From contig CAVPCR010000003.1 in assembly GCA_963702435.1 (NCBI GenBank), positions 320,001 through 384,000 on the forward strand: 64,000 nucleotides of DNA, in the 5' to 3' direction. Source of the stretch: Candidatus Eiseniibacteriota bacterium (GTDB taxonomy: Bacteria > Eisenbacteria > RBG-16-71-46 > CAVPCR01). Of this stretch, positions 13,450-23,305 are shown piece after piece. Position 1 is the stretch's first letter. Each line of letters begins with the position of its first letter. The position numbers were made by a program, and so were the translations under genes. The notes below the pieces were generated by a model that searched no databases, was not told the origin of the DNA, and worked only from the letters and a program-made list of their open reading frames with translations.

Positions 13450-15114
13450 ATGACCGATCAGCACGCGACGGCGGGCGGGCTCCGCGCCGAGCTCGAGCAG
13501 TGGCTCACGCGCATCGCCGGCCCCACCCGCCGGCCGCGCTTCGTGACGGGCTCCGGGCTCGAGCTCCCTCCCCTCTTCCTGCCGCCCGCCGGCGCCGCGG
13601 GCGATTACGTCGAGAGGCTCGGCTTCCCCGGGGATCCCCCGTTCACGCGCGGCATCCATCCCACCATGTACCGCGGCCGGCTGTGGACGATGCGCCAGTA
13701 CGCCGGCTTCGGGAGCGCCGAGGAGTCGAACCGCCGCTACCACTACCTCCTCGCGCAGGGCCAGACCGGGCTCTCGGTGGCGTTCGACTTGCCGACCCAG
13801 ATGGGCTACGACTCCGACCACGTGCTCGCCGAGGGCGAGGTGGGCCGCGTGGGCGTGGCCATCGACTCGATCGAGGACATGGAGCTGCTCCTCCACGGCC
13901 TGCCGCTCGATCGCATCTCGACCTCGATGACGATCAACGCGACGGCAGGCCTCCTCCTCGGCCTCTATCTCCTGGTCGCCGAGGAGCGCGGCATCCCCGC
14001 GGCCAAGCTCACGGGGACCGTGCAGAACGATCTCCTCAAGGAGTACGTGGCGCGCGGCACCTACATCTATCCGCCGGGCCCCTCGCTCCGCCTGACGACC
14101 GACGTCATCGCCTACTCGGTCGAGCACGTGCCGGGCTGGAACCCGATCTCGATCTCCGGTTACCACATCCGCGAGGCGGGCTCGACCGCGGTGGAAGAGG
14201 TGGCGTTCACCCTCGGCAACGGGATCGCCTACGTCGAGTCGGCGCTCCGCCGCGGCCTCGACCCCGACGACTTCGGCCCGCGCCTCTCCTTCTTCTTCAA
14301 CGCGCACAACGATTTTCTCGAGGAGGTGGCCAAGTACCGGGCCGCCCGCCGGCTGTGGGGCCGCATCATGCGCGAGCGCTTCAAGGCGGAGACCGCGGCC
14401 GCCTGCCGCCTCCGCTTCCACACGCAGACGGCGGGCTCGACCCTCACCGCGCAGCAGCCGGAGGTGAACGCGGTGCGCGTCGCCCTCCAGGCGCTCGCCG
14501 CGGTATGCGGCGGCACGCAGTCGCTCCACACGAATGCGTTCGACGAGGCACTCTCGCTCCCGAGCGAGGCGGCGGCGAAGCTCGCGCTGCGCACCCAGCA
14601 GGTGATCGCCGAGGAGACGGGGATCACGAACGTGGTCGATCCGCTCGGCGGCTCCTACGCGATCGAGGTCCTCACCGACGAGATCGAGACGGCGGCGATG
14701 AAGATCATCACCGAGATCGATGCGATGGGCGGCATGCTGCGCGCGATCGAGACCGGCTGGGTGCAGCGCGCGATCCATCGCTCCGCCTATCGCGCCCAGC
14801 GCGAGTTCGAGAGCGGCGAGCGGCGCGTGGTCGGGGTCAACTGCCACGTCGAAGAGTCGGCCGCCCCCACCTCGCAGTTCGCCCTCGATCCGGCGCTCGA
14901 GGCGGCACAGCGCCAGCGCCTTGCCGCGCTCCGTGCGGCGCGCTCCGGAGCCGCCGTCACGCAGGCTCTCGACGAGGTGAAGCGCGTCGCCGCCGGGGAC
15001 GGGAACCTGATGCCGCCGCTCATCGCGGTGCTCCGGACCCGGGCCACGATCGGCGAGATCTCGGATGCCTTGCGCGACGTCTTCGGCGTCTATCGCGAAG
15101 GGGCTGTCTTGTAG
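13450..15114 (+). CDS. Methylmalonyl-CoA mutase, large (substrate-binding) subunit of a split enzyme
   Basis: [59 protein letters not shown]; no B12 domain; Tyr/Arg specificity residues are of the methylmalonyl type. Confidence 0.93.
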   Translation: MTDQHATAGGLRAELEQWLTRIAGPTRRPRFVTGSGLELPPLFLPPAGAAGDYVERLGFPGDPPFTRGIHPTMYRGRLWTMRQYAGFGSAEESNRRYHYLLAQGQTGLSVAFDLPTQMGYDSDHVLAEGEVGRVGVAIDSIEDMELLLHGLPLDRISTSMTINATAGLLLGLYLLVAEERGIPAAKLTGTVQNDLLKEYVARGTYIYPPGPSLRLTTDVIAYSVEHVPGWNPISISGYHIREAGSTAVEEVAFTLGNGIAYVESALRRGLDPDDFGPRLSFFFNAHNDFLEEVAKYRAARRLWGRIMRERFKAETAAACRLRFHTQTAGSTLTAQQPEVNAVRVALQALAAVCGGTQSLHTNAFDEALSLPSEAAAKLALRTQQVIAEETGITNVVDPLGGSYAIEVLTDEIETAAMKIITEIDAMGGMLRAIETGWVQRAIHRSAYRAQREFESGERRVVGVNCHVEESAAPTSQFALDPALEAAQRQRLAALRAARSGAAVTQALDEVKRVAAGDGNLMPPLIAVLRTRATIGEISDALRDVFGVYREGAVL

Positions 15115-15222
15115 GAGCTGTCTTGTAGTATCCTGCGTTCGGGCGCGAACCGCGCCGCACCGTGCCGCGGCGTGCCGCGCCGCGCACGACGTAATGGACC
15201 GGCCGCGCAAGGGAGACGATCC

Positions 15223-15654
15223 ATGGGCCTCAAGCGCATCGACCACATCGGAGTGGCGGTGAACGACGTGGGCCAGGTCGCCCGCCTGTTCTGCGAGCTG
15301 CTGGGCACCGATCCGGCAGGAGAAGAGGATCTCCCCGCCGAGGGGCTCGAGGTGATCTCGGTCGCCGCCGGCGACGACAAGATCGAGTTCTTCACGCCCA
15401 CGCGCGCCGATCACACGGTGCGCCGCTTCCTCGACAAGCGGGGGAACGCGATCCATCACATCTGCATCGAGGTGGACGATCTCGACTACGAGCTCCGCCG
15501 CTTGAAGAACCTGGGCGTCGAGCTGGTGGACGAGACCCCGCGCGCGGGCGCGCACGAGCGGCGGGTCGCCTTCCTCCACCCGCGCTCGACCGGCGGCATC
15601 CTGATCGAGCTCTCGGAGCATCCGAGCGGCGGGCCGGCGGATCTCGCGCCCTAG
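15223..15654 (+). CDS. mce: Methylmalonyl-CoA epimerase
   Basis: IDHIGVAV, IHHICIEV, FLHPRSTGGILIEL; follows the mutase. Confidence 0.9.
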   Translation: MGLKRIDHIGVAVNDVGQVARLFCELLGTDPAGEEDLPAEGLEVISVAAGDDKIEFFTPTRADHTVRRFLDKRGNAIHHICIEVDDLDYELRRLKNLGVELVDETPRAGAHERRVAFLHPRSTGGILIELSEHPSGGPADLAP

Positions 15655-15723
15655 CCCCGGCCGGCCCCGGGCGCGCCCGCTTTCGCTCCCGCTTGCCGCC
15701 CGGCCCCGGTTTGAGCGAGACTC

Positions 15724-16317
15724 ATGGCCGCCATGAACGATTTCGCACTCGACTCGCTCGTCTGGCTCGCGGTGCCGTCGGAGCTCGGCGACCTGGCCCT
15801 CATCGCCACGGCCGATACCCTGGTCGGCCTCCAGCTGCCGTCACGCACCGCGCACGCCACCCGCATTCGCCGCAACTGGCCGGATAGCGATGTGCGGCGC
15901 GGCACGAACTCGGTCCTCACCTTCTTCGCCCACGAGCTCCGGCTCTACCTGGCCGGGAGCCCGGCCGGCTTCTCGGGCCCGCTCGCCTTCCCGCGCTCGA
16001 CCGACTACGAGCGCGCGGTGTACGCCGCCGCGCGCCGGATCCCGCACGGCGAGACCCGCACCTACGGCTGGGTGGCGGAGCACGCCGGCGGGAGCCCGCA
16101 GTCCGCGGGCAACGCGCTCGGCCGCAATCCCCTGCCCATCATCGTGCCCTGCCACCGGGTGGTGGCGGCGACGAGCCTCGGCGGTTTCACGGGCGGCCTC
16201 CCGCTCAAGCGGCAGCTCCTCGCGCTCGAAGGCGCCTCCCCGCTCAACCAGGGCGAGCTCCCGCTCGCCGCCGCGCCCGCGAAGGGCGGCCGGCCGCCCG
16301 GCCGCACCCGGTCATGA
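15724..16317 (+). CDS. ogt: Methylated-DNA-protein-cysteine methyltransferase
   Basis: IPHGETRTYG, NPLPIIVPCHRVV. Confidence 0.88.
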   Translation: MAAMNDFALDSLVWLAVPSELGDLALIATADTLVGLQLPSRTAHATRIRRNWPDSDVRRGTNSVLTFFAHELRLYLAGSPAGFSGPLAFPRSTDYERAVYAAARRIPHGETRTYGWVAEHAGGSPQSAGNALGRNPLPIIVPCHRVVAATSLGGFTGGLPLKRQLLALEGASPLNQGELPLAAAPAKGGRPPGRTRS

Positions 16318-17921
16318 CGCCCGCCGAGCGCGACGACGAGCCGAAGAAGCCGGCGCCGGATCCGAAGGAGATCCAGGAGGACTTCGGGCGCTTCCTGCGC
16401 GAGAAGTACGGGAGCGGCGTCGAGGTCCGCTTCATGTCGCCCTTCGCGCCGGGCCCTGCGGCGGCCCCCGGACCGGGTGAGCCGCCGGAGGACGACGACC
16501 GACCGCCCGAGCTCCACTTCCCGCACCAGCCGGCCGACATCAAGCAGTACCTCGACCGCTTCGTGATCGCGCAGGAGGACGCGAAGAAGGTGCTCGCGAC
16601 CGCGGTCTGCGACCACTACAACCACATCCGCCGCTGCCGCGGCCCGCGCGAGTGCCGCCACTATCAGAAGCAGAACGTGATCATGATCGGCTCGACCGGG
16701 ATCGGGAAGACCTACCTCGTGCGGTCGATCGCCGATCTCATCGGCGTCCCCTTCGTGCGCGCCGACGCCACCAAGTTCTCGGAAACGGGCTACGTCGGCG
16801 GCGATGTCGAGGACCTCGTGCGGGAGCTCGTGCACCGCGCGAACGGGTCGATCCGGCTCGCCGAGTACGGGATCGTCTACCTCGACGAGGTGGACAAGAT
16901 CGCCACCCCGGCGCACGTGCTGGGCCGCGACGTGTCGGGGCGCGGCGTGCAGATGGGGCTCTTGAAGCTCATGGAGGACACCGAGGTCCCGCTCCGCGCG
17001 GCGCACGACCTGACCGGGCAGCTGCAGACGGTGATGGAGCTCCAGACCAGGGGGAAGGCGACACGGAAGACGATCAACACGCGGCACATCCTCTTCATCG
17101 TCTCGGGCGCGTTCACGGGCTTGAAGGACATCGTGAAACGGCGTACGGCGCGGCGGGCGATCGGGTTTTCCGGCGCGGGCGAGGGCAGCGCCCGCGACGG
17201 CCGGTCCGGCGACGACGAGGGCTTCGCGCTGCTCACGGCCGCCAAGTCGGCCGACTTCGTCGAGTTCGGGTTCGAGCCCGAGTTCATCGGCCGCCTACCG
17301 GTGGTCGTCGCCTGCCACGACCTCTCCGAGGAGCACCTGTTCGACATCCTCACCCGCGCCGAGGGCTCCCTCCTCCATCAGTACGAGGAGGCCTTCCGGG
17401 CCTACGGGATCGAGGCGATCTTCGCGGAGGCCGGCCTCCACCGCGTGGCTTCGCTCGCCCACCGCGAGGGCACCGGCGCGCGCGGGCTCGGCTCGGTCCT
17501 CGAGCGCACGCTCCGCGAGTTCAAGTTCGCGCTACCGGGGGGCGGCGTCCGCCGCTTCGCGGTCACCGAGCAGACGGTGGATGATCCACGCGCCGATCTC
17601 GCGCAGGTGCTCGCGGGCGGCGAGTTCAACGAGCGAACGGTGCTCCGCGAGCTCCTCGCCCGGTTCGAGCGGGAGTTCGCCGCCCGCCATGGGCTCCTGA
17701 TCCGCTTCTCGCCGGAGGCGGCAGCAGCCATCGTCGACAAGGCGCTCGCCCTGGGCGGCGAGCCGGCCGAGATCGCCGGCGCGCTCCTCCAGGGCTACGA
17801 GCACGGACTCGAGCTCATCCGCACGCACACCGGGCAGCGCGAGTTCGAGATCACGCGCGAGGTGCTCGACCGCCCCGGCGACGCCTTGAGCCGCTGGATC
17901 CGCGAGGCCGTGAGCCGCTGA
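16314..17921 (+). CDS. ClpX-like AAA+ ATPase lacking the N-terminal zinc-binding domain
   Basis: Walker A GSTGIGKT, DATKFSETGYVGGDVE, YLDEVDKI, RDVSGRGVQ, PEFIGRLPV, TGARGL. Confidence 0.82.
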   Translation: MTPAERDDEPKKPAPDPKEIQEDFGRFLREKYGSGVEVRFMSPFAPGPAAAPGPGEPPEDDDRPPELHFPHQPADIKQYLDRFVIAQEDAKKVLATAVCDHYNHIRRCRGPRECRHYQKQNVIMIGSTGIGKTYLVRSIADLIGVPFVRADATKFSETGYVGGDVEDLVRELVHRANGSIRLAEYGIVYLDEVDKIATPAHVLGRDVSGRGVQMGLLKLMEDTEVPLRAAHDLTGQLQTVMELQTRGKATRKTINTRHILFIVSGAFTGLKDIVKRRTARRAIGFSGAGEGSARDGRSGDDEGFALLTAAKSADFVEFGFEPEFIGRLPVVVACHDLSEEHLFDILTRAEGSLLHQYEEAFRAYGIEAIFAEAGLHRVASLAHREGTGARGLGSVLERTLREFKFALPGGGVRRFAVTEQTVDDPRADLAQVLAGGEFNERTVLRELLARFEREFAARHGLLIRFSPEAAAAIVDKALALGGEPAEIAGALLQGYEHGLELIRTHTGQREFEITREVLDRPGDALSRWIREAVSR

Positions 17922-19271
17922 ATGGCCGGCGCCCGGAAGAAGCGGCGTGCTCGCCGTGATCTCGCCGGCGAACTCCGCTCCCTCTTCGTTGCGGTGATCC
18001 TCGGGGTCCTCGCCTTCGCCTTCCTTGGCCAGCCTTTCCAGGTTCACAAACTCATCCTGTTCGGAACAGCCTGGCTCGGCGTCTGGCTCGTGCTCCGCCC
18101 CTTCGGCGCGCGGCTTCTCGGGCGCCGCGCCGCGCTCCTCTCCCTCATCGCGTGGAACCTCTGTCTGGTTCTCGCCGTCGCCGAGGCCGGGCTCGAGCTC
18201 GCCGTCCGCAGCTGGCCCTCTCCGCTATTCGCTCACATCAACAAGCAAGTGGCGGCTCTGGTCAGGATCAAGACCCAGGACCCCAGCTGGACCTTCATGG
18301 GGTTTCCCTTCAACAGCCGCGGGTGGTACGACGACGAGCTCGGGGGCGGAGCCCCTTCCTTCCGGGTGGTCTCGATCTCCGACTCCTTCGCCTGGGGAGC
18401 CGTTCCTCACCACTTCCACTTCACCACGGTCTGCGAGCGCCTTGTTCCCGGCACGGACGTCGTGAACATGGGCTATTCGGCGACCGGGCCGGATGTCTAC
18501 GATTACCTCCTGCGCTACCACGCCGTGCCCCTCTCGCCGCAGCTCATCGTCGTCAACATCTTCGTGGGCAACGACCTCGCGGAGCTCATCCGGCGCGATC
18601 CGCACCCGCGATTGAGCCGCTTCTTCGACCGCGACAACCTGCTCGTGGTCGAGATCCCGCGGCGCGCTCTGGCCCTGGCGCGGGAGATGCGCTCAAGATC
18701 ACGGGAGGCCGCGGCCGGCACGCTCGGCCGCGCCCGCCCGGCAAGCCCTCTCGCCATCTGGCGGGGGCCCCGCGTCGAGCCCGCTCGCCTCTGCGAGGAG
18801 TATCCATGGCTCGCCGACCCCACCCTCGAACCGCCGACCCTCTCCAGCGCGGCCTTCTTGAAGATCGAGCGGCAGCGGGCCCTCTTCATCAGCCATCCCC
18901 GCAGCCTCGATGCCGCCTGGGAGCGGGAGTTCTTCGCCCGGATCGAGAGCATGACCGCCGCCGCCGGGCGCATCCCGATCGTCTTCGTGCTCATTCCGGA
19001 TGAGTTCCAGATCGAGGACGAACTGTGGCAAGCGGTGCAGAGCACGGTCCCGGTGCGTCTCGAGCGCGACCGTGCCCAGCAGCGCCTCACCGCCTGGTTC
19101 GCGCGGAACCGCGTGGCGACGATCGATCTCTTGCCCTCCCTGCGCGCGGTGCCTCCACTCGCCGACGGCCGCCGGCACCTCTACCACCGGCAGGATACGC
19201 ACATGAACCGGCGCGGCCACGAGGTGGCCGGGCGCGCCCTGGCTCAGCACGTCGCTCGTTACCGGCCGTGA
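17922..19271 (+). CDS. Membrane-anchored SGNH/GDSL hydrolase-like protein
   Basis: N-terminal TM segments; FNSRG..D, SDSFAWG, FVGND, DTHMN..GH. Confidence 0.72.
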   Translation: MAGARKKRRARRDLAGELRSLFVAVILGVLAFAFLGQPFQVHKLILFGTAWLGVWLVLRPFGARLLGRRAALLSLIAWNLCLVLAVAEAGLELAVRSWPSPLFAHINKQVAALVRIKTQDPSWTFMGFPFNSRGWYDDELGGGAPSFRVVSISDSFAWGAVPHHFHFTTVCERLVPGTDVVNMGYSATGPDVYDYLLRYHAVPLSPQLIVVNIFVGNDLAELIRRDPHPRLSRFFDRDNLLVVEIPRRALALAREMRSRSREAAAGTLGRARPASPLAIWRGPRVEPARLCEEYPWLADPTLEPPTLSSAAFLKIERQRALFISHPRSLDAAWEREFFARIESMTAAAGRIPIVFVLIPDEFQIEDELWQAVQSTVPVRLERDRAQQRLTAWFARNRVATIDLLPSLRAVPPLADGRRHLYHRQDTHMNRRGHEVAGRALAQHVARYRP

Positions 19272-19282
19272 CCGAAAGCAGA

Positions 19283-19310
19283 CGGCCGCCGGGGGACCCC
19301 CCGGCGGCCG
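19283..19310. terminator. Hairpin between convergent genes
   Basis: CGGCCGCCGGGG...CCCCGGCGGCCG between the stops at 19271 and 19337. Confidence 0.55.
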
Positions 19311-19336
19311 CCTTGCTTCGATTGCAGCGTTCGTCC

Positions 19337-20224
19337 TTACTCGGCCGGATCGTGATTGGCCCTGGCCGCGGTCGCCCGCGTCAGATGAGAGTCCTTCCCC
19401 CCGACATCGTTGCCGACGACGACCGTCGCCGTGCGCTCGCCTGTCGTGAAACCGTTCGCGCTCGCCGCGAGCGAATACTCCGCGGGGAGGAGCCCCGGGA
19501 GCACGTAGCGTCCGTCGGCGGCGGTAGCCGTCGCCGCCACTTCCTCGCCGTTCCGCGAGGCGGTGACCGCCGCCCCCTCGATCGGCGTGTCATCCGAGAG
19601 GACGTCAGGCGTCCCGGCGTCGTCGAACACCCGCCCCGAGAGCGTGCCCGTCTCCGACAGATTGGCGCAGCGGATCGACGGCCGGAAGAAGAACTCGGTG
19701 ATCTCCTCCGCGCGCCGCGCGCTCGCCGGGATCGGATGGAACGAGCGGCTCACGTCGAAGTCGAGGAGCAACTCGGTCGTGAGCGAGCCGACGACGATGA
19801 TATCGGGATCGGGGAAGATCTTGATCCCGCTCTGGTCTCCACTCGGGATGTCGAGATCGAAGGTGCGGCCGTCGGTCAGGAAGACCTCCGCCTCCACCAC
19901 GTGGAGCCGGATCTGGGACAGGCGGCCGACCGGAACCTCGGTATCGACGAGGGTCGCCGTCACCCCGTTCGTCAGGTCGAGGAGATTCAAGCGACGCTCC
20001 TCGGTACTCACGGCCTCCCACCCTGAACTCCCGGCGTCCTGTCCCCCGACGAGGTTAACCTCGACCCGATCGATGGTCGCCATCGCCGAGTCGAGGACAT
20101 CGAAAGCGAATGGCGCGTCGGCGAGCTCGATGCGAAGTCGCCCGGTCGAGTCGTCTGAATCGCCACACCCCACGACCATGAGGAGGGCGCTGGCCAGGAG
20201 CCAGAACCGTGCGCGGCGCATCAT
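19337..20224 (-). CDS. DUF4382-like lipoprotein with C-terminal carboxypeptidase-regulatory-like domain
   Basis: Lipobox VVGC; L.DAP, NLLDLTNG, PSGDQSGIKI, LLLDFDVSRS; TAADGRYVLPGL; CAGGAG upstream. Confidence 0.75.
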   Translation of the reverse strand: MMRRARFWLLASALLMVVGCGDSDDSTGRLRIELADAPFAFDVLDSAMATIDRVEVNLVGGQDAGSSGWEAVSTEERRLNLLDLTNGVTATLVDTEVPVGRLSQIRLHVVEAEVFLTDGRTFDLDIPSGDQSGIKIFPDPDIIVVGSLTTELLLDFDVSRSFHPIPASARRAEEITEFFFRPSIRCANLSETGTLSGRVFDDAGTPDVLSDDTPIEGAAVTASRNGEEVAATATAADGRYVLPGLLPAEYSLAASANGFTTGERTATVVVGNDVGGKDSHLTRATAARANHDPAE

Positions 20225-20284
20225 GATGTATTGTCTCCTGCCGTGGCCTGGACAATCGCACCTGCGCAAACCTGTCTTCAGTCC

Positions 20285-20300
20285 AGCAGGGAGCATGCCA
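20285..20300 (-). promoter_or_regulatory. Sigma54-type promoter upstream of the DUF4382 lipoprotein
   Basis: Minus strand TGGCAT-GCTCC-CTGCT (GG-N10-GC), about 60 nt before the ATG. Confidence 0.5.
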
Positions 20301-20776
20301 GGGGCGGATCACCCACCCTCACGCACCGCGGCAGTGGCGCGATGCAAGGGGACGCCCTGCACCATGATCTCACGATTCGTAGCCGGCACGCCATCCCGGA
20401 GGGCCGTAGGGATGGGCTCCGCGGAAGCGAGGTTTCGACCTCTCTCCCGTGCATCGCCTCGCGGGCGCCGTCGACAATGCCTCGGCGATCGCGATGCAGC
20501 CCCGCCGAGTCAAGCCCTCATGGATGAGTCCCGATCATGGGATCTGTCTGTGACATCGAGCGCGAGCTCCCTGGCAACGAGGTCGGCGGATGTGACAACC
20601 AGGTGCGCACGCAGGCCGGCTGCGTAGAACACACACCGCTCGGCACGGTCGAGAACGGCCCCCGGCACCGGACTTCCCCCGAAGGCGCAGCGGCACAGTT
20701 CGTGCAACACGCGTGCTGGTCGAAGATCAGGACGATGCCGGATGGCGCTCGCCGAACGACGAGCGGGAAGGACGCC

Positions 20777-21628
20777 ACAGCGTTTGACGCGAGGGGCCAG
20801 GTGGCCAGGCGGGGCGACGGCGTCCGCCGCGGGAGGGAGCATCGCTGAGGCGCGGCGGGGCGACGGCGAATGCCGCGGGAGGGAGTATCGCTGAGGCGCA
20901 TCGAGTTCAGATGACCCGACAGCGTTTGACGCGGCGCGCGGGCGAGGTGGCCAGGCGGGGTGACGGCGTCCACCGCGGGAGGGAGCATCGGTCAGACGCA
21001 ACGAGTTCACATGACGCGACAGCGTTTGACGCGGCGCGCGGGCGAGGTGGCCAGGCGGGGTGACGGCGTCCACCGCGGGAGGGAGCATCGGTCAGACGCA
21101 ACGAGTTCACATGACGCGACAGCGTTTGACGCGGCGCGCGGGCGCGGTGGCCAGGCGGGGCGACGGCGTATGCCGCGGGAGGGAGCATCGGTCAGACGCA
21201 ACGAGTTCACATGACGCGACAGCGTTTGACGCGGCGCGCGGGCGAGGTGGCCAGGCGGGGTGACGGCGTCCACCGCGGGAGGGAGCATCGGTCAGACGCA
21301 ACGAGTTCACATGACGCGACAGCGTTTGACGCGGCGCGCGGGCGACGTGGCCAGGCGGGGCGACGGCATCCGCCGCGGGAAGGAGCATCGGTCAGACGCA
21401 ACGAGTTCACATGACCCGACAGCGTTTGACGCGGCGCGCGAGGTGGCCAGGCGGGGCGACGGCATCCGCCGCGGGAGGGAGTATCGCTGAGGCGCATCGA
21501 GTTCACATGACGCGACAGCGTTTGACGCGGCGCGCGGGCGACGTGGCCAGGCGGGGCGACGGCATCCGCCGCGGGAGGGAGTATCGCTGAGGCGCATCGA
21601 GTTCACATGACCCGACAGCGTTTGACGC
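20777..21628. repeat. Non-coding tandem array of ~100-bp units (about 8 units)
   Basis: Anchor ACAGCGTTTGACGC at 20777, 20919, 21019, 21119, 21219, 21319, 21419, 21515, 21615; spacings 142,100,100,100,100,100,96,100. Confidence 0.97.
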
Positions 21629-21853
21629 AGGGCAGGAACTGTGGCTGAACGCGGCGAGCGCGGCGAGCGCGGCGAGCGCGGCGCCCGGGTGGTTCGACAA
21701 CGCCCTCCAAGAGCAGCGGGGCTCACGAACCAGGCGGCGGGGCGGGCATGCCGGCGCCTTGTGCGGCGCAGGGGCCGGATGCTATGGTCGCTTCTTTCCC
21801 GGCGCGGCTCACCCTCGTGCGGCCCCGCCCATCCCGGTCTCGAGGACCCAGTC

Positions 21854-23164
21854 ATGGACGCAATCTCCTTGGCTCCGCGCGCCCCGCGCCGCGTGCTCTT
21901 CCCGCTGGCCGGCCTCCTCGCGCTCGGCGTCGCCCTCGCTATCGCCGCCTGCGGGCAAGGGGAGAAAAGGCCCGACACGGGCGGCATCTCCGACACCACG
22001 GCCTTCCGCGGCGCGTCCACGCTCACCGATACCACGGCGCAGATCGCGGCGCTCGCCAAGTTCCTCGACAGCTACCCGGAGAGCGCCTTCCGCCCGCGCG
22101 CCTACCGCCGCCTCTCCGATCTCGAGTCGGCGGCGTCACCGGAGCGCGCCGCCAAGCGGCTGGCAAAGGCGCTCCGCAAGGAGAAGCAGCCGGCCGCCCG
22201 CTCGAGCCTCCACTACCTCCTGTTCCAGCATGCAGAAGCCCACGCTCCGGACCAGGTCGAACCCGCCCTGCGCTCCGTGCTTGCCGACAAGGCTGAGCTC
22301 GACTACGAGGTCTACAACGCGATCGCCTGGGAGCTCGCCGAGAAGGGCGAGCACCTCGACCAGGCGCTCGCCCTCTCCGACCGGAGCCTGGCCCAGGCCC
22401 CGGACAGCCTCGCCAAGGCCACCGTGCTCGACACCAAGGGTTGGGTCTACTACAAGAAGCAGGAGTACGCAAAGTCGATCGAGACGCTCACGGCCGCGAT
22501 CGCCACGTCGCCCGAGCCCTTCGAGGAGATCGAGGTCCATCTTGCCCAGGCGCTCGACGCCGGCGGCATGAAGGCCGAGGCGCGGGACGCCTACACGAAG
22601 CTCCTCCTCACGCAGGAGATTCCGGAGTTCCGCACGCGGGCCCTCGCCCTCACCGGTGAGCTCGGCGGCTCACCGGAGGAGTTCGCCCGCGACATCGATC
22701 GCCGGCGCGAGGAGCGGGCGACCCCCGCTCCCGACTTCGCCCTCAAGGACTATGCCGGACGCGACATCCGGCTCTCCGACTTCCGCGGCCGGGTCGTGCT
22801 CCTCAACTTCTGGCATCCCACCTGAGGCCCCTGCCGTGCGGAGTATCCGCACCTCGAGGCGCTCTACCGGGAGTACAAGGATCGCGGTTTCACCGTCGTC
22901 TCGATGGAGGTCTCGAACCGGCCCGCTCTCGCCCAGGAGTTCGTGGCCGGGGTCGGCGCCACCTTCCCGATCGTGAACGACGATCAGAACGTGGCGAAGG
23001 AGACCTACAACGTGACGGGCACGCCGACCAATCTCATGATCGACCGGGACGGCCGGGTGTTCTTCCGGTCGCTCGGCTACGGCCCCGGCTACGAAGCGAG
23101 GTACAGCGCGGAGATCGAGTATCTCCTGACCCGGGGCACGAAGCAGCTCGAGCTCGGCGACTGA
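21854..23164 (+). CDS. TPR + TlpA/thioredoxin-fold lipoprotein; predicted selenoprotein (UGA at 22823-22825 read as Sec, UGPC motif)
   Basis: Lipobox IAAC; TPR (YNAIAW...LDTKGWVYYK); APDFALKD...VVLLNFWHPT-TGA-GPCRAEYPHL...GTPTNLMIDRDG; ORFs 21641..22825 and 22904..23164 are in the same frame. Confidence 0.85.
22836..22852 (+). promoter_or_regulatory. Putative bacterial SECIS hairpin
   Basis: GTGCGGA-GTA-TCCGCAC starting at the 11th nt after the UGA; G in the apical loop. Confidence 0.7.
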
Positions 23165-23181
23165 GCCGCCGGCGGGAGGGG

Positions 23182-23300
23182 CGGGTGCGCCAGACGGGTG
23201 CGCCAGACGGGTGCGCCAGACGCGTGCGCTAACCCGGTGCGCCAGCCCCCGTGTGCAGCCCCGGTGCGCCAGCCCCGGTGCGCCAGCCCCCGTGTGCAGG
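23182..23300. repeat. Short 13-14 bp tandem repeats between convergent genes
   Basis: CGGGTGCGCCAGA x3, then CCGGTGCGCCAGCC and CCCGTGTGCAG variants; about 9 units. Confidence 0.85.
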
Positions 23301-23305
23301 CCCGG

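Noticed and set aside
20310..20776. Gene or transposase remnant beside the repeat array
   Set aside because: Short ORFs in several frames, none with a recognisable motif or clear RBS
20777..21628. CRISPR array, integron attC array or coding repeat
   Set aside because: Whole units are near-identical with no unique spacers or cassettes; no cas/intI gene recognised; the 100-bp period is not a multiple of 3, so the 93-aa ORFs are by-products
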